Translations under genes and position numbers: made by a program
In this document: positions 18,712 through 28,361 of the stretch, one piece after another
Position numbering within the stretch: position 1 is the stretch's first letter
Layout: every line of letters starts with the position of its first letter
Source of the DNA: a virus
Lineage: Duplodnaviria; Heunggongvirae; Uroviricota; Caudoviricetes
IMG/VR virus record: IMGVR_UViG_3300037466_003153
Location: 25,253-89,252 of that record
DNA: 64,000 nucleotides
Direction: 5' to 3' (one strand)
The notes under the pieces: model-generated
The model's input: the letters and a program-made list of their open reading frames with translations, nothing else
What the model was told of the DNA's origin: nothing
The model's database searches: none

Positions 18712-18859
18712 TATTATCTTGTTTGTCTGTTTGCTCGCTATTACAGGATGTTCAACAGTCAACATCGATTGCTTCCGAGATGAGAATAAAGACACTCCTT
18801 ATTGTGTAGACCGTAGATTTAACCAAATTGAACACAGTCATGGTGGAAGATACCAATGA
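18704..18859 (+). CDS. Small lipoprotein (51 aa)
   Basis: Lipobox LAITGC. Confidence 0.3.
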   Translation: MRSIILFVCLLAITGCSTVNIDCFRDENKDTPYCVDRRFNQIEHSHGGRYQ

Positions 18860-19095
18860 AACTTTGTAACGATGTTCCTTGCAGTTGTACAGGTGAAGAC
18901 TATTACTATTGTAGCAACACTAATAAAAAACCCAAGAAGTCCGTTAAGAAGAAAAAGAAGAAGGTTAATGTACTTCTTGATGGCGAAACAGTTTCTCAAC
19001 TAGCAAGAGTTGCACAATTAGCTTCTACGGATGTTAATACTGTTGCTAACGTTTTACTTGCTCTTCATGTAGTTCAGAAGTCGGAGAAGAAATAA
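18856..19095 (+). CDS. Hypothetical Lys-rich protein (79 aa)
   Basis: ORF. Confidence 0.4.
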   Translation: MKLCNDVPCSCTGEDYYYCSNTNKKPKKSVKKKKKKVNVLLDGETVSQLARVAQLASTDVNTVANVLLALHVVQKSEKK

Positions 19096-19475
19096 TGATC
19101 GAAGGATGTGGATGTCAACGTGGTGATTTCTGTCCCTTTTGTAACCCACTCGCTTGGTATGACTTAAGTATTTCTTGGAAAGAAGAACGCGACACGCTCA
19201 AGGCCGAAGTTGAAGCCTGTAACGAACGCATCCGTTTACAAGCAGCTAGGCATGTCCGAGAACTCAAGCAAGAGCGCGAACGAAATGCGAGGCTTGTTGA
19301 GGCCGCCCAAGATATTCTCACGCAGAACTATGGGCTACGTAATTTCTGGGCTGGCATGTTTAAGCAATGTCAGACTCATGGTCATTATGCTTATGGTGGT
19401 AACTGGCAAATGAGCGAAGAGTGTCCGTATTGCCGACTACATAGCGCAGCAAAACTTGATGGTGTTAAATCATGA
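19095..19475 (+). CDS. Cys-cluster + coiled-coil protein (126 aa), GC-richer than its surroundings
   Basis: GCGCQRGDFCPFCNP then a coiled-coil segment. Its architecture resembles 41637..41984. Confidence 0.45.
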   Translation: MIEGCGCQRGDFCPFCNPLAWYDLSISWKEERDTLKAEVEACNERIRLQAARHVRELKQERERNARLVEAAQDILTQNYGLRNFWAGMFKQCQTHGHYAYGGNWQMSEECPYCRLHSAAKLDGVKS

Positions 19476-19627
19476 AAGAATTTTTTGTTGGCTTAGCAAT
19501 TATTATTTTACTTAGTACATTGACCAAAGCGAAAGTTCGAGTTGAGGGATTGTTTGGCCTACTTATCTTCAGTGGTGTTTGTTGGGGTTTTGGTAAATTG
19601 TTTTTTATGCTACTCGGTAGGAGCTAA
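19472..19627 (+). CDS. Small membrane protein (51 aa)
   Basis: Hydrophobic throughout. Confidence 0.3.
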   Translation: MKEFFVGLAIIILLSTLTKAKVRVEGLFGLLIFSGVCWGFGKLFFMLLGRS

Positions 19628-19628
19628 C

Positions 19629-20315
19629 GTGATTACTCTAGAACAAATGGCACCCTACATTGATAAGGAAACCGGACTAATTACAGCTCCAGATGGTGGA
19701 CGCGACAACCTTCTTTTATACACAGCTAGACTAACACGCTTCTTGGCGCTCGATGACGCTGAAAAATATAGACCGACCGTTTTGAAAGCTGTCGAATCTC
19801 TCACTATTAAACCTGGGTTATATCGTCGGTATCCGACTCACAATGATGAGAACAGTCCTGATAACTTTATTGGCGCAGTGGTTTTATTTAGAAACTTAGG
19901 AATGCAAGACAAGCTTCAAGAGATGAGAAGCTACGTTCGCTGGCACTTCTGGTTTTATAATACCTCAGATAGTTTCATTCGTTTCAAAGGATTTAAGTTT
20001 CTTACCAAGGATTTTTACGCTATTCATATTGGACTTCCTCCACTTATTAAAGCCGCTTGCGGCGAGCGTCTTAATGTATGGGATGTGTTCGCGTACAAAA
20101 TCGCGGTAAAGTATCTTATGAAAACTACCAGTGGGTCGAGTGACACCTGTCTTCAGGACGATATGAATAGCATTATGACCGATGATAGACTTGTTGAAAC
20201 TATCAATGAGTTTGACGACTGGATTAAGCGTGATCGCGGTGGAAGAAAAGCTGTATATAGCGATTTCTATGGACCAGAACATCCGTTCACAAAGGAACAA
20301 ACTAATTATGAGTAG
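19629..20315 (+). CDS. Hypothetical protein (~228 aa, GTG start)
   Basis: AGGAG Shine-Dalgarno 5 nt upstream of the GTG. The long ORF continues to 20315. Confidence 0.5.
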   Translation: MITLEQMAPYIDKETGLITAPDGGRDNLLLYTARLTRFLALDDAEKYRPTVLKAVESLTIKPGLYRRYPTHNDENSPDNFIGAVVLFRNLGMQDKLQEMRSYVRWHFWFYNTSDSFIRFKGFKFLTKDFYAIHIGLPPLIKAACGERLNVWDVFAYKIAVKYLMKTTSGSSDTCLQDDMNSIMTDDRLVETINEFDDWIKRDRGGRKAVYSDFYGPEHPFTKEQTNYE

Positions 20316-20541
20316 ATTAGAGAAACAAATCCTAGAAGCTTGGCAAGGATTAAAAGATCTTAGCGACTTCCAAATGGAATGTGAACATAACTTTTGGGAA
20401 ACTCCCGGTCATGCTGGTGATAGATGTATCATATGTGGGATTGAAGATGGAGATACAACCGAAAAAGATGACTTCTATTATTTCCACGATGGTTATCAAA
20501 TGGGATATAACTCTGCTATTAGTAAGAAGAGTAAAAAATGA
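20308..20541 (+). CDS. Hypothetical Cys-containing protein (77 aa)
   Basis: ORF with CEHNF...CIICG. Confidence 0.4.
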   Translation: MSRLEKQILEAWQGLKDLSDFQMECEHNFWETPGHAGDRCIICGIEDGDTTEKDDFYYFHDGYQMGYNSAISKKSKK

Positions 20542-20768
20542 AAAAAGTAATCTGCTTCTTCGTTGGTCATAAGTGGAAAAACTTTGGCGGTAATCAAAGT
20601 AAAGCTTCATGGCTAGGACATCTTCATTCACAAGCCGGACTTATTGAAGTATGTGAACGTTGTAAAACTCTTTGGGATGATTTCTTTTGGGGTTTAGACA
20701 TTGATGAAATTGACGCTAAAATTTATTACGATGAACGTATGAAACGAGTAGAGGAATATCTAAAATGA
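20538..20768 (+). CDS. Hypothetical protein (76 aa)
   Basis: ORF with coupled starts. Confidence 0.4.
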   Translation: MKKVICFFVGHKWKNFGGNQSKASWLGHLHSQAGLIEVCERCKTLWDDFFWGLDIDEIDAKIYYDERMKRVEEYLK

Positions 20769-20968
20769 AACCTCCTTATTTCACTATTAACGGATCTATT
20801 GTTGATGGTTGGCGCGTGATGAAATACGCATATGTCTTTGCTAAGGGTAAGGATGGTGTTGAGCGAGAGACAGACGCCGTGACTGCCGCATGGTTAGAAC
20901 CTAAACAATTAGAGACACTATCCGAAGTCGGAACGTTATTAAAAGAAGAGATGAAGGATTTTGTTTAA
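20765..20968 (+). CDS. Hypothetical protein (67 aa)
   Basis: ORF. Confidence 0.4.
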   Translation: MKPPYFTINGSIVDGWRVMKYAYVFAKGKDGVERETDAVTAAWLEPKQLETLSEVGTLLKEEMKDFV

Positions 20969-21053
20969 ATAAGCACAACTGGTAATTAATAGCTATCCCT
21001 GTTTGACCAGTGTGCGCTTCCGCGCAATAGGCGCGGGAGCAGTTAGGATTGAT

Positions 21054-21227
21054 ATGAAACGTTGTAAGGATCATCCACGTTATACAGGTAAAACCCCGCC
21101 GCTTCGTTGCGGAGCTTGCATGGCTATTCACTTCAGCATTGGAGTTATGCGTAAGCCGGTAGCTCCACCTAGCCGACCGCATTCATCTCGCGGTTACACA
21201 CGCAAAGTTAAACACAAAAAAGCTTGA
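21054..21227 (+). CDS. Small basic zinc-ribbon protein (57 aa) in a GC-rich patch
   Basis: MKRCKDHPRYTGKTPPLRCGACMAIHF... A GC hairpin lies upstream. Confidence 0.35.
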   Translation: MKRCKDHPRYTGKTPPLRCGACMAIHFSIGVMRKPVAPPSRPHSSRGYTRKVKHKKA

Positions 21228-21257
21228 CTCAATCTTAAATCACTTTACTCTAAGTGT

Positions 21258-21458
21258 ATGGCAACAATTTTTTGTACTGAACATCCTTACGATGTACCTA
21301 GCCGTACTTGTCTAAAATGTAACGCGATGCAATGGGAACTCTTCGCTCGCGCTGTAGAGAAAGTGAAAGAAAATGAACGAAAGCCAACGGAAGGCAATGA
21401 TCGTTTACCTAGTGAAGCTGCTTGTGAAACATTCGGGCGACATATCCCGAACATCTAA
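21258..21458 (+). CDS. Hypothetical protein (66 aa)
   Basis: ORF. Confidence 0.35.
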   Translation: MATIFCTEHPYDVPSRTCLKCNAMQWELFARAVEKVKENERKPTEGNDRLPSEAACETFGRHIPNI

Positions 21459-21569
21459 AGAAGTAGGTGTGTCTAGAAAGACATTCCTAAAGATGTGTGA
21501 GAAGTACAACATCAATCCTAATATTTATAGGTGTTGATGTTTGCTTATTAGTGTGTTATTATCTTCTAT

Positions 21570-21758
21570 ATGCTAGTATTAAAAATTTATTTAGCTATAG
21601 GATTTCTTCTCTATCCCATGTTTTGTTATATGGATTTGTATAACAAACCCTATCAACCTATGCTATTTAAACGTCCACAACGAATTCATTTCTTTTGTGG
21701 ATATGTTCTTTCGGTTATTTGTTGGCCGATTCTTTTGTTTTGGAAACCTAAAGTATGA
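21570..21758 (+). CDS. Small membrane protein (62 aa)
   Basis: Two hydrophobic segments. Confidence 0.35.
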   Translation: MLVLKIYLAIGFLLYPMFCYMDLYNKPYQPMLFKRPQRIHFFCGYVLSVICWPILLFWKPKV

Positions 21759-22003
21759 AAAAAGATAAGAAGAACACTAATAACACTGTAGACGATAGGG
21801 AACGTAGGTTAAACTTACATTGTCCTCTTTGTCGTCCAAACAAGGGTGAGAACAAGAAAACCTATCGCAAGCATGGTGTTCGAAAACCAAAGTATAAGGA
21901 CAAGAGAACTAACATTTGTCCAAACTGTCTAGGTAGCGGTGTTGCTAGAACTGCCTATCAAGAAGAATACTCATGTCCTTGTAAATCGAGGGAGAAACGA
22001 TGA
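21755..22003 (+). CDS. Basic Cys-rich zinc-ribbon protein (82 aa)
   Basis: CPLCRP...CPNC...CPC. Confidence 0.4.
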   Translation: MKKDKKNTNNTVDDRERRLNLHCPLCRPNKGENKKTYRKHGVRKPKYKDKRTNICPNCLGSGVARTAYQEEYSCPCKSREKR

Positions 22004-22251
22004 AAAAGATTATAGACTATATCACCGAAAAGGCCATGGAAGAAAATAAATGCGGGGACGGATTTATTATGTACAATGCATGGCAAAACCTCTGCTATCA
22101 AACAGAAGCCCACCAACAAGAGAACATCATCCTTGATGTTATTAACTTCCTATATCTCCAAAACAAATATTCTAGAAATGCCCATTTGGATCATATGAAA
22201 CGTTGTCCAATAGCAGTACCTATTATTAACATTGATTGGAATGACAAATGA
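22000..22251 (+). CDS. Hypothetical protein (83 aa)
   Basis: ORF. Confidence 0.4.
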   Translation: MKKIIDYITEKAMEENKCGDGFIMYNAWQNLCYQTEAHQQENIILDVINFLYLQNKYSRNAHLDHMKRCPIAVPIINIDWNDK

Positions 22252-22363
22252 ATAATAATACGTGTTGGCATAAAAACAATGTAGCTCTTTGTGATAATTG
22301 TTTTCAAGAAAGAGTGCTTGCATTATTAACTCAAATCCTTAATGAATTGAAAAAGGTTAATTC

Positions 22364-22615
22364 ATGAAATTTCTAATTATTGCAACTTTCGTGGTTGTTA
22401 TTAAACCGGGTGTCACTTATAATACTAAACCTACTAAAGAACAGGTTTATATTCAAGCAAACAGGATTACTGCTTTTTGGAATGATATACCTTATAAACT
22501 TAAAGGTAGCAAGAATAACCAATATTCCTGTATGTTTGAAGTAGATCACCAACTTATTATGTATGCCGACGATCTTTGTAGTAATATTGTCGAGGAGGTT
22601 AATAGTAAGTTATGA
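22364..22615 (+). CDS. Hypothetical protein (83 aa)
   Basis: ORF. Confidence 0.4.
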   Translation: MKFLIIATFVVVIKPGVTYNTKPTKEQVYIQANRITAFWNDIPYKLKGSKNNQYSCMFEVDHQLIMYADDLCSNIVEEVNSKL

Positions 22616-22911
22616 TTACCGCAGAACAAGCCAGAAAGACCGCCAGAAGCATTATTTACCAAAGGCTAAGGGATCAGGCCAAGGAAGTGTTGAAAGCTTA
22701 TCCTGGTGCCCTAGAAGCTACCTATGAGATTATTAAACATGATGCTGAGCGGGGCCACACCACTATTTCCACACGCAGCTTTCCTGTCAACCATATTACC
22801 GATGGAGTAGTACAGGCAAGGGTGTTACAGAAGATAGTAAGGAAGTTATTATCTTTAGGATATAAAATAAAAAATTATCCTAGTGGTACAAATATTATCT
22901 ATTGGTACTAA
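22612..22911 (+). CDS. Hypothetical protein (99 aa)
   Basis: ORF. Confidence 0.4.
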   Translation: MITAEQARKTARSIIYQRLRDQAKEVLKAYPGALEATYEIIKHDAERGHTTISTRSFPVNHITDGVVQARVLQKIVRKLLSLGYKIKNYPSGTNIIYWY

Positions 22912-22912
22912 T

Positions 22913-23317
22913 ATGTCTAAACTTCTTTATAACACTTGGTTATATAAACAGCCTAAGCGCAAAAAGAAGAAGCGTAAAGTTAAGTCCACTATAGAGAAGT
23001 ATGCCGACAAGCTCCAGAAGAACACACCTAAATCAGAGGTTTGGTTCTTAACCCACTATAAACCCCACCGGTTTGATAGTTTTAATGTACCCTTTGGTCC
23101 CTTCATCCCCGACGTAATTAATAAACGATTACGCTATGTTATCGAGATTGATGGGAGCATCCATAACCTCAAAGAAGTAATGTTTAACGACTGGAAAAAA
23201 GACCAATATTACAAAAAACGTTACTATAAGGTTTTTCGTGTAAAAGCCTATGATATTGAAAGCTTAAATAAGTTTTTAATAGAATACCAAGACCATCTAT
23301 CCAAATTAACAACTTAG
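22913..23317 (+). CDS. DUF559/Vsr-like endonuclease-fold protein (134 aa)
   Basis: The VIEIDGSIHN motif resembles the E..DG..H core of DUF559 proteins. Confidence 0.4.
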   Translation: MSKLLYNTWLYKQPKRKKKKRKVKSTIEKYADKLQKNTPKSEVWFLTHYKPHRFDSFNVPFGPFIPDVINKRLRYVIEIDGSIHNLKEVMFNDWKKDQYYKKRYYKVFRVKAYDIESLNKFLIEYQDHLSKLTT

Positions 23318-23319
23318 TA

Positions 23320-24550
23320 TGAAGGTCTTTGGAACCGTTAAAAAAGCCTTGGAACTTATTGAGAGAATGAAGGTTCTCAAGAAGGGATAGAGATCGCGGG
23401 TAGGACTAAACATCCTAAGATCACTAAGCAACGACCCATTAAGTGCTTAGCGGAAGGTCCAAAGATATAATAAGCAAGCATTGTAGGTTATATTGCTTAT
23501 TCTTCGTGATAGTTGGTGTTAAAAGCACAAAGCCTATTAGCTGAAACTCTCCAAGTAAGCTAATCTGAAAATCCAATGTGGAAGAATGTTATTAATTCTA
23601 CCATAGATAGGATTACTACGTCCTGAAGCTTAGGTTAATTTCAAACATCCTAACAAATCAATAACCCCCTCAAAACTAACACATTAAGTTATTAACTTCT
23701 ACAACTTGCTACCCAAAAAATTGTAGTAGCAAATTATTAAATAACACGTTATTAAGTCTAAAAAATAGACAAATAGTGTTTCTTATGTATGCAAATTTAA
23801 CAAGGGTAAAAGTTAACCCTAGCCCCCCTGGTAGTTAACATTTCTAAACACTGTTAATTTATTTTAACACTGTTAAGTTTTCTTAACTTTGTTTAGATTG
23901 CTTAACAATCCTGTAATAACATAGAGTTAGCTTTCTTGGTACACTACTTGCTAATAAGCAAAGGTGATGCCAAGGCACACACCAAGGTAGCTGGAATAGA
24001 TAATGCATTAGCAAGAAGCATACTAGTCAAGTAAACATAATAACCATTATCAGACTCCAGCTAATAAATAAAATATAAGATACCTTGTAGTACCTGAGTG
24101 AATTAGAATGGTTAATAAAGTGAATTGATGGGAAAGTTATGTCAATTCACACTTTACTAACACACCACACTTTCCATCTAACCTAGTCAATTGCTACACT
24201 TTATATTCATCAACCCAGTTAATTAACTAATAGACATTGACCAATCATTCTACTCATTCTAAACTTAATAAGCTAATAGCTAACAGTAGTTATTAATGGC
24301 ATAAGTTTAGCATTATTAAGCTAACATGAACAACACTAGATATTCAGAACTCACAGGCATTGGATTTGAAACCATAACAGTTAACAATCGCATTATAGCT
24401 CTCTTTTATAATGGTAAACTACTCTATAGAGCTAGTGTGTAACTATTATACATTGTCTGAAAGATATACACTCTTTTAGGATATTCACTATCGTGGACAC
24501 TTGATATTATTAGATTGTTAACTGGCATGGCTTTAGCAATATAATATGGC
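23320..24550. other. 1.2-kb AT-rich ORF-free region with direct and inverted repeats (candidate replication origin / regulatory hub)
   Basis: No ORF >=60 aa on either strand. Inverted repeats at 23468-23500 and 24140-24170. Direct repeats GTGAATT(A)GA(A)TGG x2 and AACACTGTTAA x2. Also a sigma70-like promoter at 24237-24265. Confidence 0.4.
24237..24265 (+). promoter_or_regulatory. Sigma70-like promoter (TTGACC-17-TAAACT)
   Basis: Spacing and hexamers are close to consensus. Lies within the large noncoding region. Confidence 0.35.
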
Positions 24551-24766
24551 ATGACTAACGCAATTCTTACAACTAATAACGGTGTTGAACTCAAAATCTC
24601 ACAATATAAGTCTGCTAGTAATCACCTTGTTACGCTCTATGAAAATAAGCTAACAGGTCAAGCCTTTACGGTTGTAGATGGAAATATCACGATTTATAAT
24701 CGTAATGGTGATATGGTATGCGGAGCAACTAGCATTGAAGCCGCTATTCGTTTGATCTCGGAATAA
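24551..24766 (+). CDS. Hypothetical early protein (71 aa)
   Basis: ORF. Confidence 0.4.
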   Translation: MTNAILTTNNGVELKISQYKSASNHLVTLYENKLTGQAFTVVDGNITIYNRNGDMVCGATSIEAAIRLISE

Positions 24767-24814
24767 GTATTGACTTAATAACTTAGTGTGTTAGTCTGTT
24801 ATTAGGAGAACATT

Positions 24815-25033
24815 ATGACTTTACATATTGTTTACGTTGCTAAAAACCAAGATGCTCCAGCTAAAAAACTTGGTAGTTATGTTTCATTCTACGATGCAGC
24901 CGAAACTATTAAGCAGCTCAAAATCACTCATCCACAATTTTATTACTTTATCGATGAGAAGTGGGTCAATTTAGACGCTCTAACACTTTCTCAACGTCAA
25001 GCCATGCTCATTGACCTTTGTTTAGCTAAATAA
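24815..25033 (+). CDS. Hypothetical early protein (72 aa)
   Basis: AGGAG Shine-Dalgarno. Confidence 0.4.
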   Translation: MTLHIVYVAKNQDAPAKKLGSYVSFYDAAETIKQLKITHPQFYYFIDEKWVNLDALTLSQRQAMLIDLCLAK

Positions 25034-25043
25034 GGAGCTGTTT

Positions 25044-25196
25044 ATGATTTTCATTTACATGTTCATTTTCGGTGTAGCTTTTAAACTCCATGATAAAGAC
25101 GCTAACACTTTCTTAAGCTTTACGGTTTATCCGTTTTTTGTTCCTTTGTTCTTTATTATGAGATTTTGTATTGACGCAGTTAGTCATTCGTTATAA
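25044..25196 (+). CDS. Small membrane peptide (50 aa)
   Basis: AGGAG Shine-Dalgarno. Hydrophobic. Confidence 0.3.
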   Translation: MIFIYMFIFGVAFKLHDKDANTFLSFTVYPFFVPLFFIMRFCIDAVSHSL

Positions 25197-25199
25197 CCT
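25171..25199 (+). promoter_or_regulatory. Early promoter, TTGACGCA family (TTGACG-17-TAACCT)
   Basis: One of four copies of the extended -35 element TTGACGCA. Confidence 0.3.
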
Positions 25200-25205
25200 A
25201 ATATT

Positions 25206-25610
25206 ATGACAATCTCAAATGAACTGAATAGACGAATTATACAACACGCTAACAAGCTAACTTATAACGTTAGCGATGTAGCTCCAGATACGTTTGAAAC
25301 TCTCAAGTCAAACGTTGTTAGCATTCTAACCGTTTGGTCGGGTGCTAGCGATAAAACAATCTATGGAGATGCTGCAGTCAATCATGCGTTTCGTGCGTGG
25401 CATGACTCATTGCATCTCAAACTTAATGCACCTTTCACGCTAGAAGGTGAGATTTTAGTTGCTAAGTTTCAAGCTAACGCGCTAAAGAATGATGCATTAG
25501 GTGCTATCATTATGGCCGAGGTACAAGGTCAAGCTGAATACTTCGCTAAGCATGGAACATTCCCAGAAAATCAAGTTGAATTTATTCAATCCTATTTAAA
25601 GGCCGCTTAA
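25206..25610 (+). CDS. Hypothetical protein (134 aa)
   Basis: ORF. Confidence 0.45.
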   Translation: MTISNELNRRIIQHANKLTYNVSDVAPDTFETLKSNVVSILTVWSGASDKTIYGDAAVNHAFRAWHDSLHLKLNAPFTLEGEILVAKFQANALKNDALGAIIMAEVQGQAEYFAKHGTFPENQVEFIQSYLKAA

Positions 25611-25611
25611 C

Positions 25612-25875
25612 ATGCCTAAATTAAAACGATGTCACAAATTGTGTCCGGCATTCGCATGTATTGAAAATTCTATCAACTTAATTGAGTTGTATAATAAAGA
25701 CAATTTGTTTAGATTGGCAGCTAAACCAATTATGTTACAACGCTCTAGACTCAATTGGAAAAGAGATCAATTGAGAGCTAAGCTTAAGGAATTAGGTTTA
25801 GATGATAACTTTACAATGGCCGATTTAAGAGAGTTACATTATTATTTACATCCTGAAGACGAAAAACGAGTTTAA
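25612..25875 (+). CDS. Hypothetical protein (87 aa)
   Basis: ORF. Confidence 0.4.
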   Translation: MPKLKRCHKLCPAFACIENSINLIELYNKDNLFRLAAKPIMLQRSRLNWKRDQLRAKLKELGLDDNFTMADLRELHYYLHPEDEKRV

Positions 25876-25876
25876 T

Positions 25877-26077
25877 ATGAATATTTTTAAGCAATGGTAT
25901 TTAAGACTATTCAAAGGCTACACTTATATGCCAGAACTTGACGCAAAGATAGTTAAACTTTTCTTATTAGGATCTAATAAAAAATGTGACTTTATTAGTC
26001 TCAACAAAGGATATTTAGTGTCTAAGCCTTATTCACCGTCTAAAAGATCGCCACTATTTAAAAATGACACATCCTAA
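25877..26077 (+). CDS. Hypothetical protein (66 aa)
   Basis: ORF. Confidence 0.35.
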   Translation: MNIFKQWYLRLFKGYTYMPELDAKIVKLFLLGSNKKCDFISLNKGYLVSKPYSPSKRSPLFKNDTS

Positions 26078-26268
26078 TCTTATTAGCTTATTAGTGGCAC
26101 GTTCGCTGCAATAGTATAGTAGTATGAAAAATATAACATCTAAGCAAAAACTAATCAAAGGTCAATTGTTCAAGTTTCAAGGTGTTGTTATTCAAGTGTT
26201 GTCCGCCTACTATTCAGCAGCATCTAATAAGTATATTGCTCAAGTAAAAGTGATCCGCTAAATAATTG

Positions 26269-26297
26269 TTGACGCACAGTGTTAGTTAGGTTATTCT
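26269..26297 (+). promoter_or_regulatory. Early promoter, TTGACGCA family (TTGACG-17-TATTCT)
   Basis: The -35 element is TTGACGCA and the spacer contains TTAGGT. Confidence 0.4.
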
Positions 26298-26524
26298 GTT
26301 ATTAACAAGGAGCTAAACATATGATGTTCTACAAAAGATTTCTTATCAATTGGATGGATTTACATGGCAAGGCTCATATGAGATCACGCCGCATTAGTTT
26401 GGCTAGACTCGTTAACATGGGAATTGGTTGTTAATATGACTAACAAACGAGAAGCATTGATTTGTTTTTTAGTTGGAATTATTTTTGTAACTTCTTATTT
26501 TTTGTCTTGATCGCTATTTGTTGC

Positions 26525-26553
26525 TTGACGCAACGCGTCTATTAGGTTAGATT
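26525..26553 (+). promoter_or_regulatory. Early promoter, TTGACGCA family (TTGACG-17-TAGATT)
   Basis: Same architecture as 26269, including TTAGGT in the spacer. Confidence 0.4.
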
Positions 26554-26690
26554 GGTATTAGATACTAACGAAAGGAAAAAATATGACTTCGCAACTTATC
26601 TTTACGGCTAATGAATTGAGTGTGTTTGGAATTGCAATGATCGCGGTTTTTGTTCTTAGTATTGTTTGGGAATAATTAACAGGAGCAATT

Positions 26691-26888
26691 ATGTATAACT
26701 TAACTAAACTCATTTTAGATGCTAAATCGATCGGTGTAACGGTTTATTTTGTCCCTGCAGAGGATAACGCAGCTAAAGCTAAACAAGGTATTCACCTGTT
26801 AATGCCAAGTGAATATGAGCTAGAAGATGCTTTAAACACTGCAGAGCGAGACGGTTTTAAAACGATCTTTATCCACAATCAGTTTTAA
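26691..26888 (+). CDS. Hypothetical protein (65 aa)
   Basis: AGGAG Shine-Dalgarno. Confidence 0.4.
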   Translation: MYNLTKLILDAKSIGVTVYFVPAEDNAAKAKQGIHLLMPSEYELEDALNTAERDGFKTIFIHNQF

Positions 26889-26926
26889 AATCTAACTGTT
26901 ATAGTCTAATAATAGGAGCAAATATT

Positions 26927-27637
26927 ATGACGAAACTTGAATCATTAAACCAAAAATATAACAACGCTGTTAAAAAATATCGCAAATCTCAAAAAGAAAA
27001 ATTACATCGTGAGATTGACGATAAAGAACCTAGTCGCGGTTACATTGAGCGATTGACTGATAACATGATCAATGGCAATCCGTTTGAACTTCGTTTCATT
27101 AAAACTAAGGGTATTTTTCGTAACTCTTCCGGTTCGTGTTGGGTTGATATGATTAACGAATATGGTACATCCTATAACTGGTGGGTTATGGTTAAACGTA
27201 TCAAAGGTGTTCTAGTATTGAATACCTATCGCTATAGTATGCAAACGTCTATGCATATCAATAAAACTGGGTATATGTTAGATCTTTTAGGTCTTAAATA
27301 TATCGAAATTGCAGCGCCTAGCGGCTTACAGCGTCTAGATATTGCTGCAGCTCACGCAGCTGATTTAATGGGTAAGGCTATCGTAGCTAAAAAATATGCA
27401 CGTAAACCGCACAATTGCGATATTCTTAGAGCGCAAAAATATATTGATAACCTCGCTAAAATCGGCGTAAAGGTATCGAAAGGTGCAATTAAGGATGGTA
27501 TTAAACATGCTGAAGAGCAACGCGCTAGCAGATTGGTACGCCTAAAAGAACGCCGCAAGTTCTTAGAGCAAAAACGTCTAGAGCGTGAGATTCAACAGGG
27601 CAACGTCGAAAACGTTATCCCAATTAAATCAGCTTAA
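26927..27637 (+). CDS. Hypothetical protein (236 aa)
   Basis: AGGAG Shine-Dalgarno. No recognisable motif. Confidence 0.5.
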   Translation: MTKLESLNQKYNNAVKKYRKSQKEKLHREIDDKEPSRGYIERLTDNMINGNPFELRFIKTKGIFRNSSGSCWVDMINEYGTSYNWWVMVKRIKGVLVLNTYRYSMQTSMHINKTGYMLDLLGLKYIEIAAPSGLQRLDIAAAHAADLMGKAIVAKKYARKPHNCDILRAQKYIDNLAKIGVKVSKGAIKDGIKHAEEQRASRLVRLKERRKFLEQKRLEREIQQGNVENVIPIKSA

Positions 27638-27646
27638 GGAGTTTTT

Positions 27647-27868
27647 ATGGATTTAGCGTTTACTACAAAAACTATAATCATACCCGATATTGAGATTAAA
27701 TCAATTCAGACAAATCATAAATATGTACCTTTGCGTGGTCATGGTTATGTTATGGCGGTATACGATAATCATAAAAATTGCATTGGTTGGGTTGACGTTA
27801 AAACATTGGGTTATGAAACTGTAAAAGATTGGATGTCTAAAACTAATTGGATTGATGAAGGATTTTAA
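27647..27868 (+). CDS. Hypothetical protein (73 aa)
   Basis: ORF. Confidence 0.4.
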   Translation: MDLAFTTKTIIIPDIEIKSIQTNHKYVPLRGHGYVMAVYDNHKNCIGWVDVKTLGYETVKDWMSKTNWIDEGF

Positions 27869-27945
27869 ACGCAATTTTAAAAGTTGCTCCACGAAAGACC
27901 CTATCGGCTTAATTGCTGGTGGGGTTTTTTGTTTTTGGAAACCCT

Positions 27946-27979
27946 TAAAGGGGCTTTACAATTTTAATTTAGTAGTACC
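27946..27979 (+). promoter_or_regulatory. Conserved ~32-nt element copy 1 (AAAGGGGCTTTACAATTTTAATTTAGTAGTACC)
   Basis: Near-identical to 30625-30656. Preceded by a T-rich hairpin-like sequence. Confidence 0.35.
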
Positions 27980-28184
27980 GGCGATGTCAAAGAAATGTTC
28001 AGTGGCTAAAAGATCGTCAATTTTCAATCTAATCTTAACACTTAACAATTTATAAAGCATTGAATCATAACGATTGTTAAGAGGGTGTGTCCTGGCATAT
28101 CTGCTGCAATATACTAATAACATAACAAGCAACGTAGAACGGTTAGTGGATGCTTGTTAGGCTCGCATAGGTAGTAATCAAAAA

Positions 28185-28361
28185 ATGAAGTTTAACGACT
28201 TGGAACGGATTCTGAGGGGTTTAGGGTTTAACCTAGTACGCTCTAGTAAGCACAAGGTTTACTCTAACGGCGTTAAGTCGGTAGCAATACCACACCAGCG
28301 CATTGTTAACAGGATGCTATCTAAGCGAATTCTTAAAGAGGTTGGTTATGTTCAACAATAA
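28185..28361 (+). CDS. HicA-like mRNA-interferase toxin-family protein (58 aa)
   Basis: LRGLGFNLVRSSKHKVYSNGVKSVAIPHQR-IVNRMLSKRILKEVG matches the YcfA/HicA pattern (G-F/W...R..GSH...IPxH...IlKqaG). Confidence 0.45.
   Translation: MKFNDLERILRGLGFNLVRSSKHKVYSNGVKSVAIPHQRIVNRMLSKRILKEVGYVQQ

Noticed and set aside
24383-24405. TTAACAATCGCATTATAGCTC as a fifth late-promoter copy.
   Set aside because: It is only partially similar to the structural-module consensus. It lies in the early/ori region in the plus orientation, without a downstream late gene.
27852-28055. Listed 67-aa ORF and 29068-29274.
   Set aside because: They overlap the conserved noncoding element or the neighbouring gene, and have no ribosome-binding site.
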